DNA of 64,000 bases from Octopus vulgaris (lineage: Eukaryota): positions 103,478,001 through 103,542,000 of the forward strand of contig OX597816.1 in assembly GCA_951406725.2 (NCBI GenBank), written 5' to 3'. The notes below the pieces were generated by a model. It was given only the letters and a program-made list of their open reading frames with translations. It ran no database searches and was not told the origin of the DNA. Of the stretch, positions 23,060-36,539 are shown piece by piece (position 1 is the first letter of the stretch; every line of letters starts with the position of its first letter). Position numbers and translations under genes: made by a program.

Positions 23060-23601
23060 AGTGAGAGAGCAGTGCATGCCATCAAAGTGACACGGGGATA
23101 AAATATACAATGCCCAGTATAATCATCATGACTACCCATCTGATAAGGGTACACTAGGCACATGCATCACAACCATATGTGCATGACATGCAGATCTCAT
23201 ATCAAGATAAACAGCGCATGACCTTGCAGGTGGGGCCTAGTTAGAATTTTCTTCAAGTTGAGTAGCCCATCTTGCTCAAAAGGTCTCTGGATAAGGTTTG
23301 TTTAGGGATGTTGAACAAAACACCCATGTTTCCAAAGGTGAATTATCCAAACCCCAAAGAATTCCTCTCAACATATGGCTATGATGCTCCCCCACTACTT
23401 TTGCTCGTGATCAGAGAGGTACATATCGTCAGCCACTAAGGGACATGCTCAGCTGATTAAGGTCAAGCAACTGACAAGCAAATCTGTGGTATTGAGCAGA
23501 AGGTTTGCTGTAGCCCATCTTTTATACCAAGACAAAACAATGTACATGATAACACTTCCAATCAGTTAAGATCAGAAGCCATGAGAGCCACTGCCTGGTA
23601 C
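23060..23601. mobile_element. Unclassified, about 540-bp non-coding interspersed repeat associated with (ATT)n
   Basis: Begins directly after (ATT)n. Its right part matches 11885-12068, which ends in (ATT)n. No ORF, TIR or tRNA head recognised. Confidence 0.7.
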
Positions 23602-23605
23602 TTGT

Positions 23606-23781
23606 TATCATCATCATCATCATCATCATCCTCATCATCATCACCACCATCATCATCACCACCATCATCATCACCACCATCATCACCATCACCATCACCA
23701 GCATCATCACCATCACCATCACCAGCATCATCACCATCACCACCACCATCACCACCACCACCATCATCACCATCACCATCA
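23606..23781. repeat. (CAT/CAC)n compound microsatellite
   Basis: Directly visible; produces the spurious poly-S/P and M/V ORFs. Confidence 0.95.
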
Positions 23782-24524
23782 TTAAATATTAGATCAAAAT
23801 CAAATTCTTTCTGATAATTAAATGAGTTTAACTTATATACATAAGATGTTTCAGTTAATTTTTTTTTTTAATCTAAATTTTTTTTCTTCCGTGTTTTGTA
23901 GCCATAAGCTGACCAGAATTGTATAAAGTTCAAATTAAAATTAAGACTATGATTGTCATAAGGTTTTTTTTGTTGCAGTTGTTTTTTTTTTTTTTATTTC
24001 ATTGATTTATTTACTTTCTGTTTGGAACATTAATGCTTTCTGTCAGCAGCTCTTGAAATACATTTATTTTATCTATTATGGCAAAATATACTCTGTTGAT
24101 AAGAGAAACAGACGTACTATTGTAAGTGCTATTTGCACTGCAGGAGAATGTCTTGAAATAATCCACGTATTAAATGAAATTCCAGCCTATTTTGTTTTCA
24201 AAATATGATGTAAAGATTTTAAAGAAATCTTAATATCTTGGTCAGGAAGATACTGTAGTAGTCTGAATAACACAGACAGGCAGAAGCAGATATGCAGACA
24301 TACATACATCTACATAATCACAAACACACACATACATATATGTACACATACACACACACACACCACACACACACACATGCGTGCACACACACACATGAAT
24401 GTGTATGTGTGTAGGTATATGTATATATATATTAATGAATATTTATATAAAACACAATATGTATTAAAATACAAAGCAATTAAACCGTGAAGGAATGGGA
24501 CCAGAGGCTAGAGGAAGTAAGCAT

Positions 24525-26830
24525 GTGTCAAGAAGCAGGGCATTTGAACAGTCTCTTTCTTCATCAGGACATTAAGAGGAACAGACATGTGGAAGAGATC
24601 TTTGAGAGAGAGAGAGAGAGAGAGAGTACTTTCTGGTAAGAGGTTGGGGTAGTGTACACATGTGGGTAGAACCATTGAGTTCAACAGATTCTTAGGAAGT
24701 GAAGCTGGATACTCTGTTCTGACTTCCTCTCAAGGTAAGAGTATCCTTATTTTTTGCTTTCTTGTCACAAACTATTTCAACATGCTGTTTATCTGCCGTG
24801 GAGATATATTTCCATTTTTGTTTCTTCTACTCCTCTAACACCAACACTCATGATGGTTACCAGGATGTAGGTTAGTAACCACATTTTGAGACCACTTTCT
24901 TGGGAAGGTGATGTGGTGGCCTGTATACAATAGGGGAAGCTCCTGATGAAGTTGCAGAGCATTCCAAAAATGGCTAATCTTATGCCACTTTACTTAGAAG
25001 AAAGTGCACTGAAACTATCTAGAAATAGATGAAGCAGATCAGCTGAAAATGTAGAAGATTGAAGAGCATCTGAAGGATGCATATACGAAAGGAGTATTCA
25101 AAGCCTACAGCAAACTAAGGAGAGTGAGATGGATGGGTGAGGCAGTTGATGACTATGTGAGTGAGATCTGGAGATTAACTGAGTTAGCTAGGTTTACAGC
25201 TGGAGTAATGGAGTAGATTGTAAAGCTGGTTTTTGCAACTGGTTCCCCCACCACCACCATTGCATCTCAGTGAGGTTGCAACAGCTGCTGGACATCAGCT
25301 TAATGTCAGTAGGTGAGCTAGTGGACAAGATGTAAGTGTTAACACAGAGTGAGATGTCACAGCAACAGTGATGGCAGATATAAGTAGAATGAAGAGGCAG
25401 GTGACAAATAACAAAATCAGTGGTATGATGAAATGGACAGCTAGGAGATCATGCTTTAAGTGTTGGGGTCTGCACATATTCAGAGATTGTATGAAACTGA
25501 AATCTGATGTGCCCAGCCCAGGCTCATACAAAACGTCTGCAAATAGGGAAATGAAGTGAGAGGGATTACTGCACTGGTACTTCTGCCCATGACCAATTAC
25601 AGCTGCACCAACGTTTATTGCTTGTAATATGGGTTCTAGTGGAGCAAGGAAAGCACAAGCCTTTGTTGATATGTATTGTACAACAACCCTGGTGACTGTA
25701 AGAATAGTTGAGAGCTGGAGAGGGAAAAGTGTGGTAGATGGCAGGGAGAAGTGCAGGGGCATTAGTGAAGTAGAGCTGAAGGTACAGGAGATGTCGGTGA
25801 AGCTGCAGGTGATTGTAGTCAATGAGGTGGTGGACAGTGTTGATGTAGTGGCAGGAATGGATTTAGTTGTACACTTGGGCAGTGTGACAGGATGGGAATG
25901 GGATTTAGTGACCATTGTGCTGTGTACTGTGAGTATGGAGTAGATGAAGAAGGCTGTAGGAGTGACAGATTGCCATCAGAGGGAGGGAGTACTGTAGACA
26001 AGATTGAAGATGAGGGTTTCTAGGCTGAATTCGATGGTGGAAGATGGACAGTGGAGTATTGTTGGAAAGAACACCTGCAAACTGAGAACAGGGTGAGTTG
26101 CAATGAGCACACTCTGAAAGGGGAAGCTAGGAATGGGTTCGAGAGAGAGGTGGATAGATGGATAGAGGAGGGCATTTTGAAACTGTGTGAAGAAGAGGTG
26201 TTGAGGGGTGTGCTGCCGATGAAGGCTGTAGTTCAACTGAGAATAAAGTTCGATTTGTGATAGACTTTTGTGAGTTGAATCAACACATGTCCTGCTATAT
26301 GGACAGTGAGACAGCAGATATTTATGAGGAAACCCTGTGGGAGTGGAGGTGAATAATGGGAGCAACTACGATCATTGGCTTCAAGTCAGCCTATATGCAG
26401 CTTCATGTATCTGAGAAGTTGTGGAGGTAGCTGCTAGTGAGGTACAAGGGCAGAATATACCGTCTGACTTGGGTTTCAGTTTGAGTTCAGTACGAAAATT
26501 CATGGAGAAGATTTTTCAAGGCAATTTTGGGGTAAGAAGCTAAAGTGAAGAAGGCTATTAGTTCTTATACTGATGACATCTTGGTAGATGAGAGTGTGGC
26601 ATTGGCAGAGGAAATTGTGGCTCATCTGAGACAGTCCAGGTTGATGGCAAAACTACCAAAGGCTGTAGAAGCAGGTATGACAATGGGGCTCAGGCTCAAA
26701 AGAGATAAGTTTGTGCCTCAAAGATGAAATGAAATCCTGAACGAGGATATGAAAGGGGAGAGCTGCTCTCAATATGTGGGAAGTTGGTGGGACACTATCC
26801 TGTTGCAGGATGGCTCTGAATTGTGTTGTT
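24525..26830 (+). mobile_element. Ty3/Gypsy LTR retrotransposon remnant (putative 5' LTR, gag, protease, RT)
   Basis: Zn knuckle CFKCWGLHIFRDC (about 25452-25490); protease-like AQAFVDMYCTTTLV...DVVAGMDLV; RT motifs FKSAYMQL and SYTDDILV (26566-26577). Putative LTR about 24525-24883 ends in ACCACA followed by PBS-like TTTTGAGACCAC. No integrase or 3' LTR seen; many stops. Confidence 0.85.
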
Positions 26831-27093
26831 ACAGGTGTCAATCCATCAGCCTTGCACCAAGTATACATGAAATAAGAAAGATTTGAGTGGAGGAAGACTG
26901 GAAGAGGCTAATGATAAATATGACATGCTATCAGGGAAGGTTGGACCTTTCAATGGTTGGCAGTGAACCAGAGGAAATAGCAATATGGAGGGGAAATCAG
27001 TTTAAACTGTGCTCTAAATGGATGTGTAGTCAAATCCCTTTTTATGGACTCAACCATGTTCTAAAGTAAGTCAAAAGGTAAGCTACTATAAAT

Positions 27094-27480
27094 CGGCACA
27101 AACTTTCTGGACAACCCAATATTTTTCACCCCAACAAGCATCTTGATGATTTGACTGCAGTTGTTTGCAAATGTCCACATGCTACTGAGCCTGGTTGTTG
27201 GCCAGTTCATGAGGAGCTTCATAACAGCATCTGTTCACAAGGTCAAGCTTATGGGGGAATTGATTGATGGGGCTTTGTGAAGGACCAATTTCTACTGAGA
27301 ATGTATTAGTGCTTGTGCTTGGCTGTTGTTCAACCATTTCTACAACAAAAGGTCGTCTTGACCGTAGTTTGTCTTCGAGGCTGGTGTCCCCTTCCTTAAA
27401 ACGTCTGAACCAGTTTTGTACACATCATTAATTTTTATTGCCACTGCTTTGCATTTGATCCTCAGAAATAGATACATTCT
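27094..27480 (-). mobile_element. Mariner transposase N-terminal fragment with adjacent mariner-type TIR
   Basis: Minus strand NWFRRFKEGDTSLEDKLRSRRP...EAPHELANNQAQ*HVDICKQL. TIR-like CGGCACAAACTTTCTGGACAACCCAATA at 27094-27121. Confidence 0.8.
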
Positions 27481-27639
27481 TTTTCCCCCGTCACCAAAGT
27501 GAACTAGTCCAAATTTAACATGACTGAACTAGTTCACATACAACCAATGAACAGCTATCTAGGAATTTATTAAAGTGAATGTATAAAATGACTTTTTATC
27601 TTTTCCTCAGCTTCATGTGTATTTTTCCAGTGACCAAGT

Positions 27640-27853
27640 GTTCTTTTCTACTCTAGGCACAAGGCCTGAAATTTTTGAGGAGGGGCCAGTCAATTAGATT
27701 GACCCCAATACACAACTCGTACTTAAATTATCAATCCCAAAAGGATGAAAGGCAAAGTCAACCTTGATGGAATTTGAACACAGAATGTAAAGACACACAA
27801 AATACCGCTTAGCATTTTGCCTGGCGTGCTAATGTTTCTGCCAGCTCACTGCC
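27640..27853 (-). mobile_element. SINE family B (reverse) with long TSD
   Basis: Reverse complement of family B. CAGTGACCAAGTGTT occurs on both sides (about 27628-27642 and 27859-27873). Confidence 0.85.
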
Positions 27854-28337
27854 TTCATCAGTGACCAAGTGTTGTTCTGACAACTGTCAAATGAAATTCT
27901 CTTCCTAGTTTCGACTGTTTTTTTTTATAAGTTTTAACTGTGAAATTTAAAGACGTAAAGCCAATACCAAACAGAATTGCTTTGTTTCTCCAGTAATTTA
28001 TTTTCTTTTATCTAATATCAGCAAAGTTACAAAATCATGCTCATTCGGGTTCACATGAATTATAGCATGATAAGAGACTCACTCAAAGCTTTACCTCAGT
28101 GTATAGTTTGCAGATCCTCCATTTATACATACTTCCACATGAATTTTGATGTGACTGAAATAACATTATGGAGAGATTATTTTTTTTTTTATCATAAATT
28201 GTCCACTTTAGAAAATAATGCATCCAATGAATTTCTCATATTTTATTCAAAATATCGGTTACATAATGCTTCTGCATAATTCTTTGATATTTTTACAGTT
28301 TTTGCAGTGACATACATGTTCATTCTTAACATGTTCC

Positions 28338-28955
28338 AGCAGATTTGAATTTGAATATGTTAATCAGTTCCACATTTGGTCTTTGAAGAGAACATCTTTT
28401 ATATGTTGCATATTTGGTTCTTGATGTAAAGGGACTTTAAGACACTGGTTTTTTGACCTGGTCAAGTATCTTCAGTCAAAGCTACACTCAAATAAATAAA
28501 TCTAAGCAAGACTGGTGGCTGTTGTTTATAGAATTCAGTAAACAAATTGTTTACTGATGCACGTTGCTGTTTGTTTAAATGATACAAAATTATCATGTAC
28601 ATGTATAACAGTAGAAATCAAAATGGTGATGTATATAACTATTCTTAATTCTGGCAGATTTGAATATGTTATTCACTGTTGTATTTCACCTTCAGAGAAC
28701 ACCCTCTCCTTTTAGATGTGTTGGCAACACACTCGATTCATTGACATAAGGGGACTTTGAGATGCTGGTGTTTCAACTTGGCTGTGTCTCTCCAGTTAAA
28801 GCTAACCCTAGATAACCCTAGATTAATGACACTAAACTAGAATGGCTCTTTATACAAATTATTCTGATCTGATGCATGATGGTGTCTGCAAAATAAATTA
28901 AAAAATCATAATGTTCATATGGAACAGCAAGAATCAAAATGATAATGTACATATT
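28338..28955. repeat. Old diverged tandem duplication, about 315-bp period
   Basis: Shared blocks GCAGATTTGAAT, AGAGAACA, GGGACTTT.AGA..CTGGT, CAGT.AAAGCTA, CTGATGCA and AATCAAAATG.T.ATGTA.ATA occur in the same order in both halves. Confidence 0.75.
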
Positions 28956-28999
28956 GATTTGACAGACAAGTGACCACAGATAACTGTATTCATTGGTCT

Positions 29000-30430
29000 A
29001 TAGCCTCATCCAGACTAAGAAATCACACTGACCAAATAAACAAACTTTTACACTACATTCAGATTTGATTACCAATCATGAAGGTTACTATAAAACTTTC
29101 TTTGATTGTTTCCTTTACATTCTCTGATAGGCTGAAAGCTGAGATTGTTCAGTGGTATACAATCCATTGCTTTATGAGAAGTTGTTGAAGGCCAGTTCAC
29201 TTCAATGTTCCTGTAGAGAAGTGAGCCATCCTTACTCCTAATTAGTACTATTCTAACTTTCTGGACATTGTACACTTCACTCAGACTGGTATAGAAGGCC
29301 TTCATATTATGAAAGTCACCAAGGATCTCAATCTAGCCTGCCTTCTTGCCTAACCATGGAGACTCCACAGTTCCTCCTGTAATAAGGCATTTGAATCATT
29401 GAGTCAGCCAGTAGCTTGTCATGTACCTCATCCACTGAGATCTACTTGCTGGTACTTTTAACTTTGAGATACTTTTTCATTAAATCAGTCAAGAAGCTTG
29501 CATCTGGAGAAGCCTGTTAGTTTTGTGGAATCCACTTCATGGTGATGTAAGAAGAGGAAAACGTTGTTACACTTACATTGACAACTTGATTGTAGACACC
29601 AGCCTGGAATTATCAAAGACCTCGAGGCAGTGATGATGCACCGAGAAGTGTGGTGGGTAGACTTTGTTGCTGTTGCCCAGGTTGGTACCCATCCATAATA
29701 GTAAAAAAATACTGAGGCTACAGATGCTTTTGAATGTTGCCTAACTCAACAGGGACCAGCAAGCATCCATTAGTGTAGTATCAGGTAGTACTTTTAGTGG
29801 GCAGGTCACATTTACTGAAAGTACATGTTACTGATATTCAGTCATTTTGGCATACTTCTACTGACTTTTTTGCTCCACTGTCTCATAGACAAATGCACAT
29901 GGCATATGTCAATACATGGTCAGTGAGGCTATCATTTCTCATCTTGGTGCATGCACAACTTATATCCCCAATGCTGTCACTGCAGTTAAGTATGCAGACC
30001 ATCAGATACCAATTCATTGACTGCAGGTGACACCAGCTGTAAAACTACAATACAGGAAGCTAGAAAATGTTATTAGTTATGGTAAAAATCATACTTACTG
30101 CATGGTTAAAGTAAAAGTTGTCAGCTGGAATTGAAATTATATTTTCCAAAATGACCTAGATCTTGGTCTCATGTCTGGTAATTGTTTTCCACTCTTGTAT
30201 TAAAATTTTTGAGGACAAGTAGCTGCTGGTACAGTATCAAGATATCTACATTGTGTGGTATATTGCCATTGTAGAAACATAAATACTTAAATCAGTTACA
30301 TTTTGATTTCCAGTTAGGGGCAACCTCATTTACATTAACCTATCAAATATGGCAATAGGAAGCAACACCTGTTTACTGACAAGCATGTTCATGATGGATA
30401 GGCTAACACCAACTTTACTCAAAAATACTC
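29000..30430 (-). mobile_element. RTE-clade LINE ORF2 fragment (APE endonuclease plus linker), heavily decayed
   Basis: Minus strand GVSLSIMNMLVSK..DRLM*MRLPLTGN..SIYVSTM; LLVLKNFNTRV (GDFNARV-like); ITNNIF; MRNDSLTDHVL (SDH-like); NMKAFYTSLSEVY..IRSKDGSLL. Confidence 0.8.
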
Positions 30431-32274
30431 TGCTTCATCTGAGGCTAATAAGATGAGCACAAGTTAATCAGATTGGTAATAGGGGTGATGTAATTGATTG
30501 TATAATTGAAGTTATTCCATTGCACTTGACTGAACCTTTTTTCCATTGACCATAAGAGGAAAAAAGGCAAAATAAACCTTGATGGGATTTGTATTCAAAA
30601 GATAAAAAGCAAGAACATATAGAGCAAGGTACTTTCTCCAATGGTCTAATGTTTTATCATTTTACAACTTATAGTTTACAGAATTGGGAAATTGCATTTA
30701 CACTAATTAATTATAGCATTTTAGCAGGGTAAAACTCATATTTTAGCATTTTCAGGTGGTGTATGTTATTTGTCTGAAGAAAATATATTAACTGAACTTA
30801 GTAAATGAATGCAATAAATATAACTGGTGAAATATAAAATTAGATTCAGAGACACATTAAAATAATAATAATGAATTTATTATATACAGCACTCAGGTGC
30901 ACTACAGTTTGTTAGAAAAGAATGAAAAAGTGGCTAGAAAATAGAAATTAATCAATTAATTAAAGAAAGCCAGCAATGAAAGCCAAAAGTGCATGCACAG
31001 AATAGGACACAAAAAGAGAGGAAAGTGAACAGTAAAAGATCCATAATGAACAATCACCTTTAATTTGTTCTCATCAACTTTAATTCCATAAATTACTCTC
31101 CTTCTATGTATCCAGGTATGCAAGTGGTGGGGCTTCAATTCCTACTAAGCTGGTTGGTAGGATATTGCAAGTTTTGAACTCAGAATACAAAGTGCCAGAA
31201 TAAATATCAATAGCATCCTGTTGAGTACACTAACTAGTTCCTTAGTCATTCTTTTCTACTCTAGACACAAGGCCCAACATTTTTGGGGAGGGGGCCAGTT
31301 GATTAGATCGACTCCAGTACACAACTGGTACTTAATTCATCGACCCCAAAAAGATGAATGGGAAAGTTGACCTCGGTGGAATTTGAACTCAGAATGTAAA
31401 GATAGATAAAATACCGCAAAGCATTTCACCCAGCATGCTAACGTTTCTGCCAGCTCGTCGCCTAACTAGTTCCTTAGTTGTTAACCCCAAAAGGATGAAA
31501 TGCAAAGTAAATTTTAGTAAGATCTGAACTCTAAAGCAGACAGCCTCAATATATACAGCAAGACATTTTGTTTACCCTTCTAATGCTACAGCCATTTCAC
31601 TGCCTTGGAATTTCAGAAAAGGAAAAAAATATGTATTTATGTGAGGAAAATATGAAGGAAATATAGCATTTTAATAGGGGGAAAATATCATATTTTAGCA
31701 TTTGTAGGTGGTGTGTGTTACTTGATTCAAGAAAAATAAATGAGTGGGTAGATTAGGTAAACACTGTATTTAGTTATTAGGAGGGTCTATAATATTTTAA
31801 CTAGGAAAAATGCAGTGACTTGTTGAAAAGGATATGATACCTATAAGGAAGATTTATGGTATTTTAGCAAGTAGAAGAAAGAGAGAAAGAAAAAAAGAAT
31901 TGGTATCTGACTAGATGAATCATGCAGTCTAGTTTGGTAAATGAAGATGATGTCAATAACGACAATGATGATATATTAGTAGTAGCAGTGGTGGTGGTGG
32001 TGATTGGAGAAGGAGGGAAAAAAGAGCAGGAGAATATGTGGAAAGAAAGACTTGCTTGAGTAAAGAGAGTAAATAATGGTAGTTAGCGTATTCTTTTGGC
32101 TTTGATTGGCAGTCACTCTAAATGTAATATAAGTCTTTAATCCAATTTTTGAATCAGTATTCAGAGACTGACTTCTTTGTAATATAATAGCAGGAAAAAA
32201 AATTGTAAGAAAATAATAAATAGATAAATAAATAAATGAATAAAAATTCCTGAAAGTTCTAGCCAATATAGGAC

Positions 32275-32308
<34 letters not shown>

Positions 32309-32334
32309 ATGTGTGTGTGTGTGGTGTGTGTGCA

Positions 32335-32365
<31 letters not shown>

Positions 32366-34261
32366 ATGCATGCATGTGTGCATGTGTGTGTGCATGTGCA
32401 TGTGTGTGTGTATGTGTGCGTGTGTGTGATGTGAGGGGCCATGGCTTACTGTTTTAGGGTGTTGGTGTCATAAGTTTCAAGGTGTGAGTTTCAATTTCTG
32501 GATCAGTTGGTATGTTATGGCCTTGAGCAAGGCACTTCATTTCCCATTACCCCTATACACTCATCTAAAAATGAATCTCATTGGTACCTGGGCAACAGAT
32601 GGAAGTGCAGTTTCATGGAGCAATCTACTCTCAGCCTAAATTCTTGAAAATATGTTGTATAATATATATTTACTAGCAATGTACCCTGGCATTGCCTGTG
32701 TGTTATGACCTACAGCCACATTGTATTATTTGTTCCTTTCTCACGGGCAGAATCAGCACACAAGGAGTATGAAGCAAACAACTTTTCTTTATAAACATGT
32801 TTTTCAGTCATTTTCTGATAAACAACACTGCAGTTTTTCTCAAGCAAATTCAGTCACAAGTCAGTGGATGGCCTTGGGCTATAGTAGAAAACATTTGCCC
32901 AAGGTACCATGCAGAGAAACTGGACGTGGAACCATGTGGTTGGGAAGCAAACTTCTCAACCACATAGTCATTTTTGCATCTAATATGTGTTATGTTAGCA
33001 TTTGTTGTTAAATCAAGTATTGTGTCCCACTATGTCTGAAAGTTAGCAGTTCATCAAGTAGGGATCTATAAACTAAAGGCCAGACTGAAATATATACTGA
33101 GGTCAGTATGAGCAATTAAAATGGCAACAGTCGAAAGACTAAACCTAGTAAAATAATGTTTAAAGGCTTAATGGTTTTAAATTTAAAGGTAATGGATCGC
33201 TAACCACAAGATAATGGGTTCAAAATTTTGTATTCAACTTCCACTCTATATAATAACACTATATGTACATCTCAGTCTACTTGACTTCCAACAATTAACA
33301 ATTGTAATTTGAAGATGAATGGTTACCAGTAAAAAAGATGTCCAGATTTCTTTAAAAATTATTGTGCAAAATATTCTGAGAAAAAGTGTTTTTTTCCCCA
33401 CAACAAAACACACACACACACACACATAGGTGTCTCTGTGGTAACCTGAGCTACTACAAATAGAAACCAAATCTCTATAAAACATACCCTTTCATCAAAA
33501 GAAAGACATAGATTTACAGTATTTCAGGAAGAAAAAAACAAAAACTATGCAATGGGTCTGCTACATCAGAGGCAACTCTGGGCTAAACAAAACATGACAA
33601 ACATACTTTACCTTAAAAGATTATCTAGTAAATAATACTAATAAAGTAGATGGTATATCTTTGAAGTTTCATTCCCTGGTAAAACTCTATGTATTTTAAA
33701 CATTTTCTTACATAAAGGTTATTCCGAAAGAGTTGCCTCCCTTAGCTAAAGACCTCAAAGTTGTGTAACCCAACCCCATGTGCGAGGTTAATTTTGCAGT
33801 AAAAAAGTTGTGCAAAAAAAACTTTACTTGGTAGCCGAAAGATTAGTGAATAATTTGTTACCTCATATGTCCAAATTAGCAACTCAGTTTTCGAATCCAT
33901 AAGGAGCATACACACACACACACATTCAGAATGATAGCATTGCACTTACCCAACCATCGAGAAGAAAGTGGCTTAAAAATAGCATTACTGGAGGTTATTA
34001 AATGTCAAGAATTGTGGAAGGAAGAGGAAATATTCCAACTAAACATAAGAGAGGGCTCAGCTACTGAAGTTAATAGTTGTATGATTAAATAGCCATTAAG
34101 AATATGAAAACAGAGAAAGTTGAACAGTTTAGGAGACGCTGATGGGTAAAAGAGTAAAGACACACTTAAATATGATTTAAGTGTGAGTAAATTAGGATTT
34201 ACCTAGAAAGGATTGCACATAGAAAGTTACTCACCAAGTAACTTTCTATATATAGTTACTT

Positions 34262-34557
34262 GGATTGCACTTAGAAAGTTACTCACCAAGGCACAAGTCT
34301 AGGCAAGGTTGTTTACGGAAAACCAGCAGTTGCCCATGCATACTAACCTCCCTCCATGCCACTGATGTTATCCAAGGGAAAGGCAAAGGCTGATACAGCT
34401 TGGCACCGGTGATGTCGCAACTCATTTCTACAGCTGAGTTAACTGGAGCAACATGAAATAAAATGTCTTGCTCAAGAACATAACACACAGCCCAGTCTAA
34501 CCCACTGCCTCATGATTGTGAGCCCAATGCTCTAAACACTGAGCTATGTGCCTTCAC
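34262..34557 (-). mobile_element. tRNA-derived SINE family D (CORE-like central region)
   Basis: Minus strand GTGAAGGCACATAGCTCAGTGTTTAGAGC head, then CTTGAGCAAGACATTTTATTTC..GCTCCAGTTAACTCAGCTGTAGAAATGAG. Second copy 43683-43985 (-); related head 32434-32590 (+). Confidence 0.8.
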
Positions 34558-34632
34558 ATTCAATGAGGGCAAAGGAGATGCTCTGTAAGAAGCATCTAAC
34601 AGAAGTATGAAGTTTATACAACTGGTTATGAA

Positions 34633-35345
34633 AGGCATAGGAGTGGCTGTGTGGTAAGTGGCTTGCTTACCAACCACATGGTTCCGGGTTCAGTCCCACT
34701 GCATGGCACCTTGGGCAAGTGTTTTCTACTATAGCCTCGGGCCGACCAAAGCCTTGTGAGTGGATTTGGTAGATGGAAACTGAAAGAAGCACATTGTATA
34801 TATGTATACATATATGTATATGTATGTGTGTGTATATGTTTGTGTGTCTATGTTTGTCCCCCCAGCATCGCTTGACAACCAATGCTGGAGTGTTTACATA
34901 CCTGTAACTTAGTGGTTCGGCAACAGAGACTGATAGAATAAGTACTAGGCTTACAAATAATAAGTCCCATGGTCGATTTGCTGGACTAAAGGCGGTGCTC
35001 CAGCATGGCCACAGTCAAATGACTGAAACAAATAAAAGAGTAAAGAGAGTAAAAGAGAGTATATGTGTGTATGTGTGTGTATATGTTTGTGTGTGTGTTT
35101 GTGTGTGTGTTTATGTCTGCTTGTGTATTGTGTGTTTCCTTATCTTGATATTGTATGATAGAGCTGTGAATAAGTATTGTTGTCATACAAACTGTATTGT
35201 ATGTTTCCAATTTTGCATGAAAGTATGTCCAGCAATGGGGAAATATTATGTCACTTGGAATTAAACAAGAACTGTTAACTGGAAGGGCACTGACCTTAGA
35301 AAATTGTCTGATCTATGCAACTATGGAAAAGGGGACATTAAAATG
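34633..35345 (+). mobile_element. SINE family A full copy followed by an RTE-tailed SINE 3' half
   Basis: Family A head to GTAAAAGAG tail (34633-35060), then (TG)n and GGAAGGGCAC...CTATGGAAAAGGGGACATTAAAATG tail. Confidence 0.85.
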
Positions 35346-36539
35346 CAGTTGCTGTTGCTACTGCTCATGATGATGATGCTGTGATGATACTGATAATAAT
35401 CATGATTGTAATGGTGATGATGATGATGATGCTAATGCTGATGAAATACCTTTTGTATATACTCAAATAAAAGTCAATCACATGTAAAATACCCCTCAAA
35501 AAGGAGGACATCTTAAAATCTGGAATTTCCCATGTATCTCATATGAAAGTTGATACTAGTTTTCTAAGGGTAATAGATTAATCTTTTTTAGTCAAGGGAT
35601 TATCCTTTGTATAAATATTATAGTAAGGAAATGAATTCATCCCACACCCATTTTTACATGTTTTGATGTACAATTGACACAAACAATAAAGATTTCTCAA
35701 GTTCTTTATCAAAGAACTGCAATCTCTTTATATAATTAATGTGACACAAATTACATTTCTCCATCCTTTCTAATATAACGTAGACCATATGCATTTACTG
35801 GTATAATTCACTATAATTACCATATCTCTGAGTGGGTGGCATTTACCAGTACACAGCAATTCATCAATCTATGGCTCTTAGATGTAAACTCAGCTGTGAA
35901 GCAGTGTGAGCAGTATTTGTCAGATAAGTGGCGTAAAGCAATACTTTTGAATGTATTTACTAGTATTCCTGTTCGCTGTTTCAATCAGCATTAAACTTGC
36001 TAGATTGTATGAAAGCCAAGACAAAGTTGGGTCACTTTCTCACTTAGTAGGACAGTTGATGTTTATTCCTATATAGCATTTATGGAATACAGTTGGGTAG
36101 GTTAGTGTTAAAATTTTACATAATTTTGTGAGTAAATGCCTCTTAGAGAAAACTAGTATACAGCAGCATCCAAGCTAAAAGTTATTGATAACAAATATAT
36201 CTGTGCCACTGCAAAAGAATTTGCTATTTTAGAGAAATTTATGTGAGACTGGAGACATTAAACTTCACACAAGAGGTGTAGGCATGGCTGTGTGACAAGA
36301 TGCTTGCTTTCCAACCACAGAGTTTCAGGTTCAATCCCTCTATGTGGCATCTTGGACAAGTGTCTTCTAATCTAGCCCTAGGCTGGTCAATGCTTTGTGA
36401 GTGGATTTGGTAAACAAAAATTAAAAGAAGCTTGTTGTGTGTCTGCATATTTATATATATGTGTGTGTGTGTATTTGAAAATGGGTTAAGAATCTATACT
36501 AATCAAAGTTTATAGGTAAAAAGTAAAACGTAATAACAA

